Shown one piece after another: positions 45,606 to 55,405 of a stretch of 64,000 nt of DNA. Source of the DNA: Microbacterium enclense (GTDB lineage: Bacteria > Actinomycetota > Actinomycetes > Actinomycetales > Microbacteriaceae); assembly GCA_038182865.1 (NCBI GenBank), contig CP116226.1:847891-911890 (forward strand), read 5' to 3'. The notes below the pieces were generated by a model. That model was not told the DNA's origin and did not search any database. It saw nothing but the letters and a program-made list of their open reading frames with translations. Positions within the stretch are counted from its first letter, which is position 1. Every line of letters starts with the position of its first letter. Made by a program: the position numbers and the translations under genes.

Positions 45606-46681
45606 GAACGGGCACCCTTTCCGGTGGAGTCCGCGGCGATGCCCTGCTTCGCGGCGCGAGCGGCGGCGCGGCGCTGGCCACGGCTCAGGCCGTCGCGCGA
45701 GCCCTCGTCGCGCACGAGGGAACGGCTGATGAAGAGGTTCACCGCGCCGATGACGAGGATGATGAGGAAGAGGATCCAGGCGAGCGCCGCCGCTCGACCG
45801 AAGTTCCATTCGCCCCAGCCGAGGTTGTAGAGGTAGAGCGAGATGGTGAGCCACTGGTTGTCGGAACCGCCGGTGCCCGACTGGTCGAACATGCGCGGCT
45901 CGTCGAAGATCTGCAGGCCGCCGATCGTCGAGGTGATGATGACGAAGATGAGGGTCGGCTTGAGGCTCGGCAGCGTGATCGAGAAGAACTGGCGGACCTT
46001 GCCCGCGCCGTCGACGGTCGCGGCCTCGTAGTACTCGCGCGGCACGGCCTGCATCGCGGCGAGCAGGATGAGGGTGTTGTAGCCGGTCCAGCGGAAGTTG
46101 ACCATCGTGGCGATCGCGATGTGGCTCGCGAAGGCGTCGGAGTGCCAGCCGACGCCGGGGAGGCCGATGCGGCCCAGAAGGGTGTTGATGATGCCGTACT
46201 GGTCACCGAACATGTTGCTGAAGATGAGCGCGACGGCCACGGGTGCCATGACGTAGGGCACGAGCACGCCCATGCGCCACAGGGTCTTGGCGCGGATGTT
46301 CTGATCGAGCATCGCCGCGATGAAGACCGCGAGGATCAGCTGCGGCACGGTCGACAGCACGAAGATGCTGAAGGTGTTGCGCAGGGCATCCCAGAAGGCC
46401 GGCTGTGACAGCACATAGGCGTACTGGTCGAAACCGACGAAGGTGCCCGAGCCGCGGATCTGATCCCAGTCCATGAACGAGATGACGCCCGTGTACAGGA
46501 TCGGGAAGAGCCCGGTGACGATGAAGAGGACGAAGAAGGGCGAGATGTAGAGGTAGGGCGAGAGCTTCAGATCCCACGCGCTGAGCGTCGAGCCGAACCC
46601 GACGCGTCGGGGGGTGCGAGCGGGGGGACCGTCGGGAGCGGAGGACGCGGGGGTCGCGGGCGGCTGCAGTGTCGTGGTCAT
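45602..46681 (-). CDS. cebF: cellobiose/cello-oligosaccharide ABC permease
   Basis: 359 aa. EAA-type loop EYYEAATVDGAGKVRQF. Confidence 0.88.
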   Translation of the reverse strand: MTTTLQPPATPASSAPDGPPARTPRRVGFGSTLSAWDLKLSPYLYISPFFVLFIVTGLFPILYTGVISFMDWDQIRGSGTFVGFDQYAYVLSQPAFWDALRNTFSIFVLSTVPQLILAVFIAAMLDQNIRAKTLWRMGVLVPYVMAPVAVALIFSNMFGDQYGIINTLLGRIGLPGVGWHSDAFASHIAIATMVNFRWTGYNTLILLAAMQAVPREYYEAATVDGAGKVRQFFSITLPSLKPTLIFVIITSTIGGLQIFDEPRMFDQSGTGGSDNQWLTISLYLYNLGWGEWNFGRAAALAWILFLIILVIGAVNLFISRSLVRDEGSRDGLSRGQRRAAARAAKQGIAADSTGKGARS

Positions 46682-46741
46682 GGGTTTCCTTCCGGGGGTG
46701 CGGGCCGGGCGCGCGTGGCGCCCGGCCCGCGACGACCGAGA

Positions 46742-48019
46742 TCAGCCGATGGCATCCACCTGCGAGACCCACTGGTCCCACGAGGTCTTGGCATCCTGTG
46801 TGTTGCTCTCGACGCGGGTGAGTGCCTTTTGCATCGCGTCGTTGACCTGGAAGTAGTACTCGCCCTTGAAGGGGGTCACCGACACCGCCTGCGCGCGGTT
46901 GGTGAAGATCTGCCCGATCGGGGCGTCACCGAAGTACGCGTTGGTGCTGTCGAGGAGTTCCGGCGCCTTGAGGGCCTCGACCTGGCTGGGGAAGGTACCC
47001 GCCTGCTGGAAGAACTTCACCTGCTGCTCGGGGGAGGTCAGCCAGTCGGCGAGGGCCTGAGCCTCGGCCACGTGCGCGCCGTTGGCCGGAACGGTCAGGT
47101 ACGACCCTCCCCAGTTGCCGCCGCCGTTGGGGAAGACGTCGGCGATCTTCCAGCCGGCGACCTCGGGAGCGTTGCCCTCGATCTGCGTCAGCATCCAGCC
47201 GGGGCACGAGAGGGTTGCGAACGCCCCGTTGGCCATGCCGGCGTACCAGTCGGTGGACCACTGCTCGAAGTGGGCCGACTGCGTCTTGCTCGCGTCGAGC
47301 GTCTCGGTGTAGATCTTCTTGACGTCGGGGTTGGTCGTGGCCGTGATCTCGCCCGTCTCGGGGTTCTCGTACGCCGCCTCGACCTGGTTGATCATGCCCT
47401 GGTAGACGCTGCCGGCCGAGTCGAAGAACGGCTTGCCGGTCGCGGCGACGTAGGTGTCGCCCATGGCGAAGTAGGTCGACCAGTCGCCCGTGAGGGCAGC
47501 GGCCACCTCGGCGGGATCGGTGGGAAGGCCCGCGGCCTCGAACAGATCGGCGCGGTAGCAGATGGCCTCGGGGCCGATGTCGGTGCCGTAGCCGATCAGG
47601 TTTCCGGAGGGGTCGGTGGCGGCCTTGGACTTCCAGTCGAGCCAGCGGTCCTTCAGGTCGTCGGGGACCGGAGCCAGCAGGTCGGAGTACTTCATGACCT
47701 CGGGCAGCCAGTCGACCTCGATGGCCTCGATGTCGGCAAGACCCGACTTGCCGAGCTTCTGGAAGTAGTTGGCGCGGGCGTCGTTGGACTTCGCCGCGCG
47801 GTTGTGGACGATCTTCACGTTCGGGTGCTCGGCCGTGTAGGCCGCGAGCAGCTCGTCGGTGTAGCCGAAGTCGTTGAACGTCGCGACGGTGAGAGTGATC
47901 TCCTCGTCGCTGCTCCCGGCGGCAGCACCCCCGCCGCCGGAGCAACCGGCCAGCACGAGGGCAGAGGTGGAGGCGACGGCCGCGGCGAGGGCGACACGGC
48001 GCAAGGCGCGTGATTTCAC
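46742..48019 (-). CDS. cebE: cellobiose/cello-oligosaccharide-binding lipoprotein
   Basis: GTG start. MKSRALRRVALAAAVASTSALVLAGCSG lipobox. CUT1 solute-binding protein. Confidence 0.88.
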   Translation of the reverse strand: MKSRALRRVALAAAVASTSALVLAGCSGGGGAAAGSSDEEITLTVATFNDFGYTDELLAAYTAEHPNVKIVHNRAAKSNDARANYFQKLGKSGLADIEAIEVDWLPEVMKYSDLLAPVPDDLKDRWLDWKSKAATDPSGNLIGYGTDIGPEAICYRADLFEAAGLPTDPAEVAAALTGDWSTYFAMGDTYVAATGKPFFDSAGSVYQGMINQVEAAYENPETGEITATTNPDVKKIYTETLDASKTQSAHFEQWSTDWYAGMANGAFATLSCPGWMLTQIEGNAPEVAGWKIADVFPNGGGNWGGSYLTVPANGAHVAEAQALADWLTSPEQQVKFFQQAGTFPSQVEALKAPELLDSTNAYFGDAPIGQIFTNRAQAVSVTPFKGEYYFQVNDAMQKALTRVESNTQDAKTSWDQWVSQVDAIG

Positions 48020-48080
48020 AGGACACTCCTTTGTGGTGGATGCGACTCGATGAGGTGTGTGCGGCTCCCTGCCTCGGACG

Positions 48081-48094
48081 TGGGAGCGCTCTCA
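48081..48094. promoter_or_regulatory. CebR box 1
   Basis: TGGGAGCGCTCTCA versus the Streptomyces CebR consensus TGGGAGCGCTCCCA (13/14). Confidence 0.7.
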
Positions 48095-48112
48095 CCGATT
48101 CCGTCGAGAGTA

Positions 48113-48126
48113 TGGGATCGCTCCCA
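48113..48126. promoter_or_regulatory. CebR box 2
   Basis: TGGGATCGCTCCCA (13/14). Confidence 0.7.
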
Positions 48127-48134
48127 TACCGTCA

Positions 48135-48148
48135 AGAGAGCGCTCCCA
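48135..48148. promoter_or_regulatory. CebR box 3
   Basis: AGAGAGCGCTCCCA (12/14). Confidence 0.65.
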
Positions 48149-48332
48149 CGTGCGGGAGACGCCGATAGCGTCCTCTCCTCGAGACGACGGGCCACGCCTC
48201 CTCGTGAGGGCGATGTGGAGAGCGCCGCGTGATGCCGCCAGGCCTGAGGCCGTCACGCAGTGTCCGCCTCCGCGCGACGAGGCGCCCTGCGTAGAATGGG
48301 ACGACACACCCCACCCGACATCTGGAGCTGCT

Positions 48333-48581
48333 GTGCCCACCATCGTCGTCGACGTCATGCCCAAGGCCGAGCTTCTCGACCCGCAGGGAAAGGCCGTCGC
48401 CGGTGCCCTGTCACGTCTGGGCGAGCACCGCTTCTCCGACGTGCGCATCGGCAAGCGCTTCGAGCTGACCGTCGAGGGCGAGGTCGACGAGGGCACCCTG
48501 GCCCGCGCGCGCGAGCTCGCCGACGAGATGCTCTCGAACGCGGTCATCGAAGACGTCGTCAACATCGAGGTCGTGGAGTGA
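48333..48581 (+). CDS. purS: phosphoribosylformylglycinamidine synthase subunit PurS
   Basis: GTG at 48333 after [26 protein letters not shown]..., 82 aa. Confidence 0.93.
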   Translation: MPTIVVDVMPKAELLDPQGKAVAGALSRLGEHRFSDVRIGKRFELTVEGEVDEGTLARARELADEMLSNAVIEDVVNIEVVE

Positions 48582-49285
48582 CCGCGCGCATCGGGGTCAT
48601 CACCTTCCCGGGCTCGCTCGACGATCGCGACGCGCAGCGCGCGATCCACCTCGCGGGTGCCGAGTCGGTCGCCCTCTGGCACGGCGAACACGACCTGAAG
48701 GGCGTCGACGCCCTCGTCCTCCCGGGCGGCTTCAGCTACGGCGACTACCTCCGCGCCGGCGCGATAGCGGCCTTCGCGCCCATCATGGCCGAGGTCAAGG
48801 ACGCCGCCGCCAAGGGCATGCCGGTCCTCGGCATCTGCAACGGCTTCCAGATGCTCGTCGAGGCTCACCTGCTGCCCGGCGGACTCATCCGCAACGCCCA
48901 CCAGCAGTTCATCCGCCGCGACCAGCGCCTGCGCGTCGAGAACGCCTCCACCGCCTGGACCAGCGACTTCACCGCGGGCGACGAGATCGTCATCCCGCTG
49001 AAGAACGCCGACGGCGGCTACATCGCGGATGCCGAGACCCTGGAACGCGTCAACGGTGAGGGCCTCGTGGCTTTCCGCTACGTCGGCGTCAACCCGAACG
49101 GCTCGCTCGACGACATCGCCGGCCTCACGAACGAGCGCGGCAACGTCGTCGGTCTCATGCCGCACCCCGAGCACGCGGTCGAGCCCGGCTTCGGCCCCGG
49201 AACGGCCGCCGCCATGCGCTCCGGTGTCGACGGCCTCGGATTCTTCACCTCGGCCATCGCAGCCGTCGTGGGCGCCGCGGCCTGA
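48578..49285 (+). CDS. purQ: phosphoribosylformylglycinamidine synthase glutaminase subunit PurQ
   Basis: GTGA overlap with pur[37 protein letters not shown]. Confidence 0.95.
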   Translation: MTARIGVITFPGSLDDRDAQRAIHLAGAESVALWHGEHDLKGVDALVLPGGFSYGDYLRAGAIAAFAPIMAEVKDAAAKGMPVLGICNGFQMLVEAHLLPGGLIRNAHQQFIRRDQRLRVENASTAWTSDFTAGDEIVIPLKNADGGYIADAETLERVNGEGLVAFRYVGVNPNGSLDDIAGLTNERGNVVGLMPHPEHAVEPGFGPGTAAAMRSGVDGLGFFTSAIAAVVGAAA

Positions 49286-49340
49286 TCTGTCTGCACGCCC
49301 TCGCCGCGCGCGGTGCCGCCCAGCGCCCGTGGAGCGTGAC

Positions 49341-49416
49341 GGGCGAAGGATCAGGGACGAGCGGAGGACTCCTCGCTCTGAACCCTCCTCCCCCGGCCCC
49401 ACGCCCTCCCCTCGTC
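49341..49416. repeat. degenerate fourth copy of the REP-like element
   Basis: GGGCGAAGGATCAGGGACGAGCGGAGGACTCCTCGCTC... shares GGATCAGGGACGA and GGAGGAC.CCTCG with copy 3. Confidence 0.55.
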
Positions 49417-49464
49417 ACAGCATCCCGGCCGCTCGCCCCGACAGCCTCGCGATAGCGTGAGGGA

Positions 49465-50178
49465 GTGACCGAGAAGCCCGCTCCCGATCAGGACGCGCTG
49501 ATCGATCGCATCCTGCACCTCTGGCGCGCGGATGCCGACACCCTGCCGTCTGAGCCGCGTCTGGCCGAGCTCACCGGCGCGAGCCGCAACTCGGTCCGCG
49601 AGGCGTTGATCCGCCTCGAGGAACGCGGGTACGTCCATCGCACGCAGGGCGCTCGCACGTCGCCCAACCGACGTCTGCCCGGGGTCGGCCGGCGCATCGA
49701 CGAGCAGTTCGACCACTCGCTGTCGATCCGCGCGGCGGGTCACGAGCCCACCCTCGACGTCGTCGCAGCCGAGCGACTCACGCTCGCGCCCGGCGGCGAC
49801 CGCTACGACGACCTCCCCGACGACACCGAGGTCCTGCGCACACGGAAGATGTGGCGCGTCGACGGCGCTCCCTACGCCCTCGCCGAGGACCTCGTGCCGC
49901 TCACCCGGGCGGCAGACCTCGACCCCACACGACCGGTGTTCGACCTGGCGGAGGAGGCCAACGGCATCCGGGTCGCGTGGGAGACGATGTGGATCGATGC
50001 GATCGCCCTCGACGCCGAGCGCGCGCGGATCCTGGCGGCAGAACCCGGAACACCCGTGTTGGAGATGACGTACTGCGGGTACGGCGCCGACGACGCGATC
50101 GGATACTGGTCGCGCGAGGTGCAATTGCCCGCCCCCGCCGGTCTGCGCAACGCGCTCATCCGACGCGTGCGGTCCTGA
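49465..50178 (+). CDS. GntR family regulator (HutC/UTRA type)
   Basis: GTG after GAGGGAG. LPSEPRLAELTGASRNSVREALIRLEERGYV plus a UTRA-like C-terminus. Confidence 0.9.
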   Translation: MTEKPAPDQDALIDRILHLWRADADTLPSEPRLAELTGASRNSVREALIRLEERGYVHRTQGARTSPNRRLPGVGRRIDEQFDHSLSIRAAGHEPTLDVVAAERLTLAPGGDRYDDLPDDTEVLRTRKMWRVDGAPYALAEDLVPLTRAADLDPTRPVFDLAEEANGIRVAWETMWIDAIALDAERARILAAEPGTPVLEMTYCGYGADDAIGYWSREVQLPAPAGLRNALIRRVRS

Positions 50179-50282
50179 GGAGGGCGTGGTGCCGCAACGC
50201 CCATGCCCGCGGGGCCACCCCGTCGCCGTCGACCCGAGGTGACGGCGAGACCACCCCCGATCACCGCTGGAGAGGAAGAAGC

Positions 50283-51698
50283 ATGACCCGTCCCGTCGTC
50301 CAGACCCAGACCGGACCCGTCGGCGGGTCCCGCCGAGAGGGCATCGAGCGCTATCTCGGCATCCCCTACGCACAGCCACCGGTCGGCCCGCGACGCTTCT
50401 CCCTGCCTGTCCCGGTCCCGGCGTGGGACCAGGTCCGCGACGCGACGGAATGGGGACCCACCTCGCCCCAATCGCCGTATCCCGGCGCCATCGGCCAGCT
50501 CCTGGACTCGCGGATCATCCCCGGCGACGACATCCTGACCGTCAACGTCTGGAGACCCGAGGATGCCGAGGGAGCCGCGGTCATGCTGTGGTTCCACGGC
50601 GGGGCCCTCGAACGCGGTACCGCCGCCCTCAGCACGTACGACGGCACTCCGTTCGCGCGCGACGGCGTGGTCTTCGTCTCGGCGAACTATCGACTCGGCG
50701 CAGAAGGCTTCTCCGTCCTCCCCGATGCCCCGCGCAACATCGGTCTCGCTGACGCCGCCGAGGCGCTGCGGTGGACGCACCGCAACATCGCCCGATTCGG
50801 CGGGGATCCCTCGCGCATCACGATCTTCGGCGAGTCCGCGGGCGGAGCGGTCGTGGCCGCCCTCCTCGCTCGCGAAGACCTTCGACCACTCCTGTCCGGC
50901 GCTGTCATCCAGTCCGGTCCGCTCGACGTCGAGACGCCGAAGCGCGCAGCCCGCCCCACGCGCGACATCGCGCGCACCCTCCGCGTGACCGCCTCCGCAG
51001 CTGCCCTGCGGAACGTCGACCCCGGTCGGCTCGTCGCGGCTCGCGACGAACGGACCGCGCGATCGACCCCGCTCCGAGCCGCGCCGGGCTTCACGGCGAC
51101 CCTCGACACGGCGACGCTCCCCGAGACACCGCGGCGCGCGATCGTCACCACTGACGTCCCGCTGATCATCGGCACGAACACCGACGAGTACCGCCTCTGG
51201 TATCCCCCGGAGGCGGTCGCGAGACTGACGCCGCGCAGCTACGCCCTGCTCGCCCTGGCGAAGCGTCTGCCGCGCGGAGTATGGGCGGCATACCGACGGG
51301 CCCTCCCGGATGCGTCGGTGGGGGAGATCATCGGCCAGGTCCTCACCGACGCGATCGTCCGGGCACCCGCGGTCGAGGTCGCGCGCGCCCGCACCGCACC
51401 CACCTTCGTCTACGAGTTCGGCTGGCAGAGCCCTGTGCGCGATCTGCGCGCGGCGCACGCCCTGGAGATCGGTTTCGTCTTCGACGCGCTGGATGACGCC
51501 GCGTCCCAACGACTCGCCGGACCCTCGGCACCCCAGCCCCTCGCCGAACGCATGCACGGGGACTGGATCCGCTTCGCCGAGACGGGCGACCCCGGATGGC
51601 CCGCCTTCGCGACGGGTGGCCTCATCCGGCACTACGACACCGTCACCCGCGACGTGGAGCTCCCCCGCGCGGAGGCGCTCGCCGCTCTCCAGCGGTGA
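50283..51698 (+). CDS. carboxylesterase type B (para-nitrobenzyl esterase-like)
   Basis: Internal ATG at 50283 after GGAAGAAG. YLGIPYAQPPVG, WFHGGA, FGESAGG. Confidence 0.9.
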   Translation: MTRPVVQTQTGPVGGSRREGIERYLGIPYAQPPVGPRRFSLPVPVPAWDQVRDATEWGPTSPQSPYPGAIGQLLDSRIIPGDDILTVNVWRPEDAEGAAVMLWFHGGALERGTAALSTYDGTPFARDGVVFVSANYRLGAEGFSVLPDAPRNIGLADAAEALRWTHRNIARFGGDPSRITIFGESAGGAVVAALLAREDLRPLLSGAVIQSGPLDVETPKRAARPTRDIARTLRVTASAAALRNVDPGRLVAARDERTARSTPLRAAPGFTATLDTATLPETPRRAIVTTDVPLIIGTNTDEYRLWYPPEAVARLTPRSYALLALAKRLPRGVWAAYRRALPDASVGEIIGQVLTDAIVRAPAVEVARARTAPTFVYEFGWQSPVRDLRAAHALEIGFVFDALDDAASQRLAGPSAPQPLAERMHGDWIRFAETGDPGWPAFATGGLIRHYDTVTRDVELPRAEALAALQR

Positions 51699-51757
51699 CG
51701 CAGGCACGATCGGCGAGAAGCTGAGCGAGGGTTTCCGGCACGTAAAGACGTGGTGAC

Positions 51758-51794
51758 GTTGGTGGACAAGTCGCTCCGCAACTTGTTGGACAAG
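51758..51794. promoter_or_regulatory. direct repeat GTTGGTGGACAAG / CTTGTTGGACAAG (24-bp register), candidate operator
   Basis: Located 36-72 nt upstream of the AllA-like gene. Also contains the dyad GACAAGT-N9-ACTTGT(T). Confidence 0.3.
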
Positions 51795-51829
51795 CGTACG
51801 CTCGCCTCACCCGACGAAAGCGAGCCGCC

Positions 51830-52324
51830 ATGACCGAGACCCTCACCACTCATCGCCTCACCGCCGAGACCGTCACTCCCGCCGGTTTCGAGCCCTACGG
51901 CGTCGTGCTGACCCCGATGGAAGACGGCACTGCGTTCACCGCCGAAGAGGCCGTGCTCGACGTGTCGAACGGCATCCCTCGCTTCTACCTCATGCACCTC
52001 GACGACAAGCCCGCCGAGTTCGTCCGGGTCACCCGTCACCTCGAGACGACACAGACGCTCATGGCCGTCGGCGACGTCGAGTGGACGATCGCCGTCGCCG
52101 CTCCCGGCATCGAGGCTCCGGCCCTCGAGGACCTGCGAGCCTTCCGCATCCCCCCGCGCACGGCCATCACGATGCGCAAGGGCACGTGGCACGCAGGCCC
52201 CTTCTTCGCCGACCCGAGCATGGACTTCGTCAACCTCGAGCTCGACGACACCAACGTCACCGACCACCACAACCACCGCCTCGACGACGCCTTCGGTGCG
52301 CGCGTGGAGATCGACGCGGAATGA
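51830..52324 (+). CDS. ureidoglycolate lyase (AllA) family protein
   Basis: 164 aa. FEPYGVV, VTRHLETTQ, LRAF...GTWHAGPF and DFVNLE are colinear with my memory of E. coli AllA. Confidence 0.75.
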   Translation: MTETLTTHRLTAETVTPAGFEPYGVVLTPMEDGTAFTAEEAVLDVSNGIPRFYLMHLDDKPAEFVRVTRHLETTQTLMAVGDVEWTIAVAAPGIEAPALEDLRAFRIPPRTAITMRKGTWHAGPFFADPSMDFVNLELDDTNVTDHHNHRLDDAFGARVEIDAE

Positions 52325-53811
52325 GCGCGCTCAGCCCGTTGCCCGACGCCGCCGCCCGCCTCGCCGCGCTGGAACGCGAAGCCGCGCACCAGGCCGCGCT
52401 GAGCGCCGGCGACGGTCGCGCGTGGGTCGACGAACGCGACGGCGTGCACCCCGTCGTGATCGTCGGCGGCGGCCAGGCGGGCCTCGTCCTTGCGCGGGGT
52501 CTCCGCCGCCGCGGGATCGACGACGTCGTCGTGCTCGACGCCGCCCCCGCCGACGGCGCCGGACCGTGGACCACCTACGCGCGCATGCACACGCTGCGCA
52601 CCCCCAAAGACATCGCATGGCCGACATGGGGCACCCCCGCGGTCAGCCCGCGCGCCTGGTTCGAGGCCGTGTACGGCCCCGCCGCGTGGGACGCGATCGA
52701 GTACTTCCCCACCGCCGCGTGGCACGGCTTCCTGCAGTGGTACCGCGACGTCTCGGCCATCGCTGTCATCCCCTCGACGCGGGTGACCTCGATCATCCCG
52801 GGCGACGGTCCGCTCGAGCTCGCCCTCGAGGGACCCGACGGCACCTGGATGCTCGAGGCACACCACGTCGTCCTCGCCACCGGCATCGAGGGCGCGGGCG
52901 GCCGCCACCTCCCGGGGATCCTCGACGCCCTCCCCGTCGACCGCGTGCACCACACGCACGACGACATCGACTTCGACGCGCTCGCCGGCCTGCGCATCGG
53001 CATCCTGGGCGCGGGCACCGGCGCTTTCGACAACGCAGCGACCGCCCTCGAGCACGGCGCCGCGAGCGTCGACGTGCACATGCGCCGCGCGGCGATGCCG
53101 CAGGTGAGCCCCTACCGCTGGATGGAGTTCGCCGGTCTCATCGAGAACTACGGCACGTTCACCGACGCGCAGAAGTGGGCGTTCAACGTCCACCTCTCAG
53201 CCGTCGACCAGCCCGCTACGCAGAACGCCCTGTGGCGCGCGCACGCGTTCGACGACTTCCGCTTCCTCACCTCGTCGCCGTGGGAGAGCGCGTCCTGGAC
53301 GGGCACCGAGATCGCCGTGACGACACCGCATGGCATCCATCACTATGACGTCGTGCTCGCGGCAACCGGCATCGTGTCCGATCTGGCGCGGCGCCCGGAG
53401 CTGGCGACGGTGGCTCCGGATGCCACCCTCTGGAGCGATCGACTCAGCCCCGAGGCCGCGGCGCAGAATCCGGGACTCGCGGCCTTCCCCTACCTCGACG
53501 ACGACTTCGGTCTCGTGGACCGGGGCGGGCGCGAAGCGCTGTCGCGGATCCACCTGTTCAATCACGGCGCGCGTGTCAGCCAGGGGATGCTCAGCCATCA
53601 GATCCCCGGCCTCGTCGGTGGGGCCACGAAGCTGGCCGCCGCCCTCTCGCGACGCCTGTTCGCCCGCCACTCCGACGAACTGCTCGACGAGTACCTCGCG
53701 TACGACGTGCCGGTCGGCGTGCACATCGGCCGGCGTCCGGCCGCCGCCGCATCCCCGTCGGTGGGACAGGACGCAGCAGCGTCCGCCCGCACCGAACCCG
53801 TGCACACGTGA
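52321..53811 (+). CDS. FAD/NAD(P)-binding two-Rossmann flavoprotein (monooxygenase/oxidoreductase)
   Basis: ATGA overlap with the upstream gene. VVIVGGGQAGLV (FAD) and IGILGAGTGAFD (NAD(P)). 496 aa. Confidence 0.75.
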   Translation: MSALSPLPDAAARLAALEREAAHQAALSAGDGRAWVDERDGVHPVVIVGGGQAGLVLARGLRRRGIDDVVVLDAAPADGAGPWTTYARMHTLRTPKDIAWPTWGTPAVSPRAWFEAVYGPAAWDAIEYFPTAAWHGFLQWYRDVSAIAVIPSTRVTSIIPGDGPLELALEGPDGTWMLEAHHVVLATGIEGAGGRHLPGILDALPVDRVHHTHDDIDFDALAGLRIGILGAGTGAFDNAATALEHGAASVDVHMRRAAMPQVSPYRWMEFAGLIENYGTFTDAQKWAFNVHLSAVDQPATQNALWRAHAFDDFRFLTSSPWESASWTGTEIAVTTPHGIHHYDVVLAATGIVSDLARRPELATVAPDATLWSDRLSPEAAAQNPGLAAFPYLDDDFGLVDRGGREALSRIHLFNHGARVSQGMLSHQIPGLVGGATKLAAALSRRLFARHSDELLDEYLAYDVPVGVHIGRRPAAAASPSVGQDAAASARTEPVHT

Positions 53812-53888
53812 CCGGTCGGCTCCCGCAGCGACCCCCTACGTTGTGTCGGATGAGCCGTCGATGCCGAGCGCCCGACTAGCGTGAAAGG

Positions 53889-54818
53889 GTGACGACTGCG
53901 ATCCCCCTCACCGTGTCCGTACCGAACGCCCGCCTCCGCGATGACCTCGGCGAGCTCCCGGACGGGGTGGAGGTGGTGATCTGGGACATGAAGGATGCCG
54001 CCCCGCGCGAGCGCTTCGACCTGGTCGTGCCGCCGTACATGTCGATGGACGGGGTGATCGAGGCCCTGTCGAGTGTGGAGGTCGGCCTGGTCCAGAGCCA
54101 GTCGATCGGCTACGACAACGTCGAGGGGCGACTGCCCGAGGGGCTGCGGTTCGCCAACGCATCGAGTGTCCACGAGACGGCCACCGCCGAGCTCGCGGTC
54201 GCCCTCGCTCTGGCGGCACAGCGTCGACTGCCCGACTTCGTGCGCGCACAAGACCGGGGGGAGTGGATCGGCGGGGGCGCTCCGGGCCTGGCCGACCTGC
54301 GCGTGACGCTCCTCGGGTTCGGCGGCGTCGGTCGGGCGATCGCCGCGCGTCTGAAGCCCTTCGAGGTGGAACTGCGCGCCGTCGCCTCGCACGGTCGCCT
54401 ACAAGACGATGTCGAGGTGTTCCCTCTCGGGGAGCTCTACGACGTGCTCGCCGAGACCGACGTCCTGATCGCTTCCCTCCCCGGTGGCGACGCGACCCGC
54501 CACATCGTCGACGATGCTGCCCTGTCGGCGCTCCCCGACGGCGCACTCGTCGTCAACGTCGGCCGCGGCCCGCTCGTCGACACCGAGGCGCTCGTCGATC
54601 ACGTGCGCCGCGGCCGCATCCGCGCGGCGCTCGACGTCACCGACCCGGAACCGCTTCCCGCGGGACACCCCCTGTGGAGCCTGGAGGGCGCGCTCGTCGT
54701 CCCGCACGTGGGTGGAGCGACGGATGCCATGCACCCGCGTATCGCCCGCCTCGTGCGCCGGCAGATCGACCGCCTCCGCTCGGGCGAGGAGCCGCTGAAC
54801 GTGGTGATCGGGGGCTAG
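53889..54818 (+). CDS. D-isomer-specific 2-hydroxyacid dehydrogenase
   Basis: GTG start. LLGFGGVGRAIA, NVGRGPLVD, PHVGG. Confidence 0.88.
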   Translation: MTTAIPLTVSVPNARLRDDLGELPDGVEVVIWDMKDAAPRERFDLVVPPYMSMDGVIEALSSVEVGLVQSQSIGYDNVEGRLPEGLRFANASSVHETATAELAVALALAAQRRLPDFVRAQDRGEWIGGGAPGLADLRVTLLGFGGVGRAIAARLKPFEVELRAVASHGRLQDDVEVFPLGELYDVLAETDVLIASLPGGDATRHIVDDAALSALPDGALVVNVGRGPLVDTEALVDHVRRGRIRAALDVTDPEPLPAGHPLWSLEGALVVPHVGGATDAMHPRIARLVRRQIDRLRSGEEPLNVVIGG

Positions 54819-55360
54819 GCCGCGAGAAGTCCCGCCACGACGTTGCTCACCGCGTGGACCGCGGCGCCGGGCACGAAGCTCCCGGTGCGGTGGCGCAACC
54901 ACCCGAGCAGCCATCCCGCCGCGAACTGGACGGGGAGGATCGGCCACGTCCGCACGTCGATGAGCAGGAGCGGCAGGTGCGGGAGCAGGAAGACCGCTGC
55001 CTGCAGGAGGTTTCCTCGGACGAAGCCGAGCCGGCGGAGGAAGATGCCGCCCAGCAACCCCCGGAACAGAACCTCCTCCCCCAGCGCCCGGAGCACCACC
55101 CCGACCGCGGCTCCGACGGAGGTGAGACGCGCGATCGACACACCGGGCGCTTCGAGGGTCTCGAGCGGGATCAGCACGATCGCGAGCCACCCGGCGAGCA
55201 CCAACGGGACGAGGAGCACCGCTGCCCATCCGTACCCGGAGGCCGGACCCCACGTCGCACCGAGACGGCGCCGGGCGAGCCGGAAACCGACATGTCCGCG
55301 GCGGGACTGCACGATCAGGTAGATGACGACCGGGATGCAGAACAGGATGAACTCGGCCAT
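54815..55360 (-). CDS. CPBP family intramembrane glutamic endopeptidase
   Basis: GEEVLFRGLL motif and a distal HAVSN. Hydrophobic, 181 aa. Confidence 0.85.
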   Translation of the reverse strand: MAEFILFCIPVVIYLIVQSRRGHVGFRLARRRLGATWGPASGYGWAAVLLVPLVLAGWLAIVLIPLETLEAPGVSIARLTSVGAAVGVVLRALGEEVLFRGLLGGIFLRRLGFVRGNLLQAAVFLLPHLPLLLIDVRTWPILPVQFAAGWLLGWLRHRTGSFVPGAAVHAVSNVVAGLLAA

Positions 55361-55405
55361 GGCGGCAATCTATCGCCCACGACCCACCCCGCGTAGGGTC
55401 GCCCC

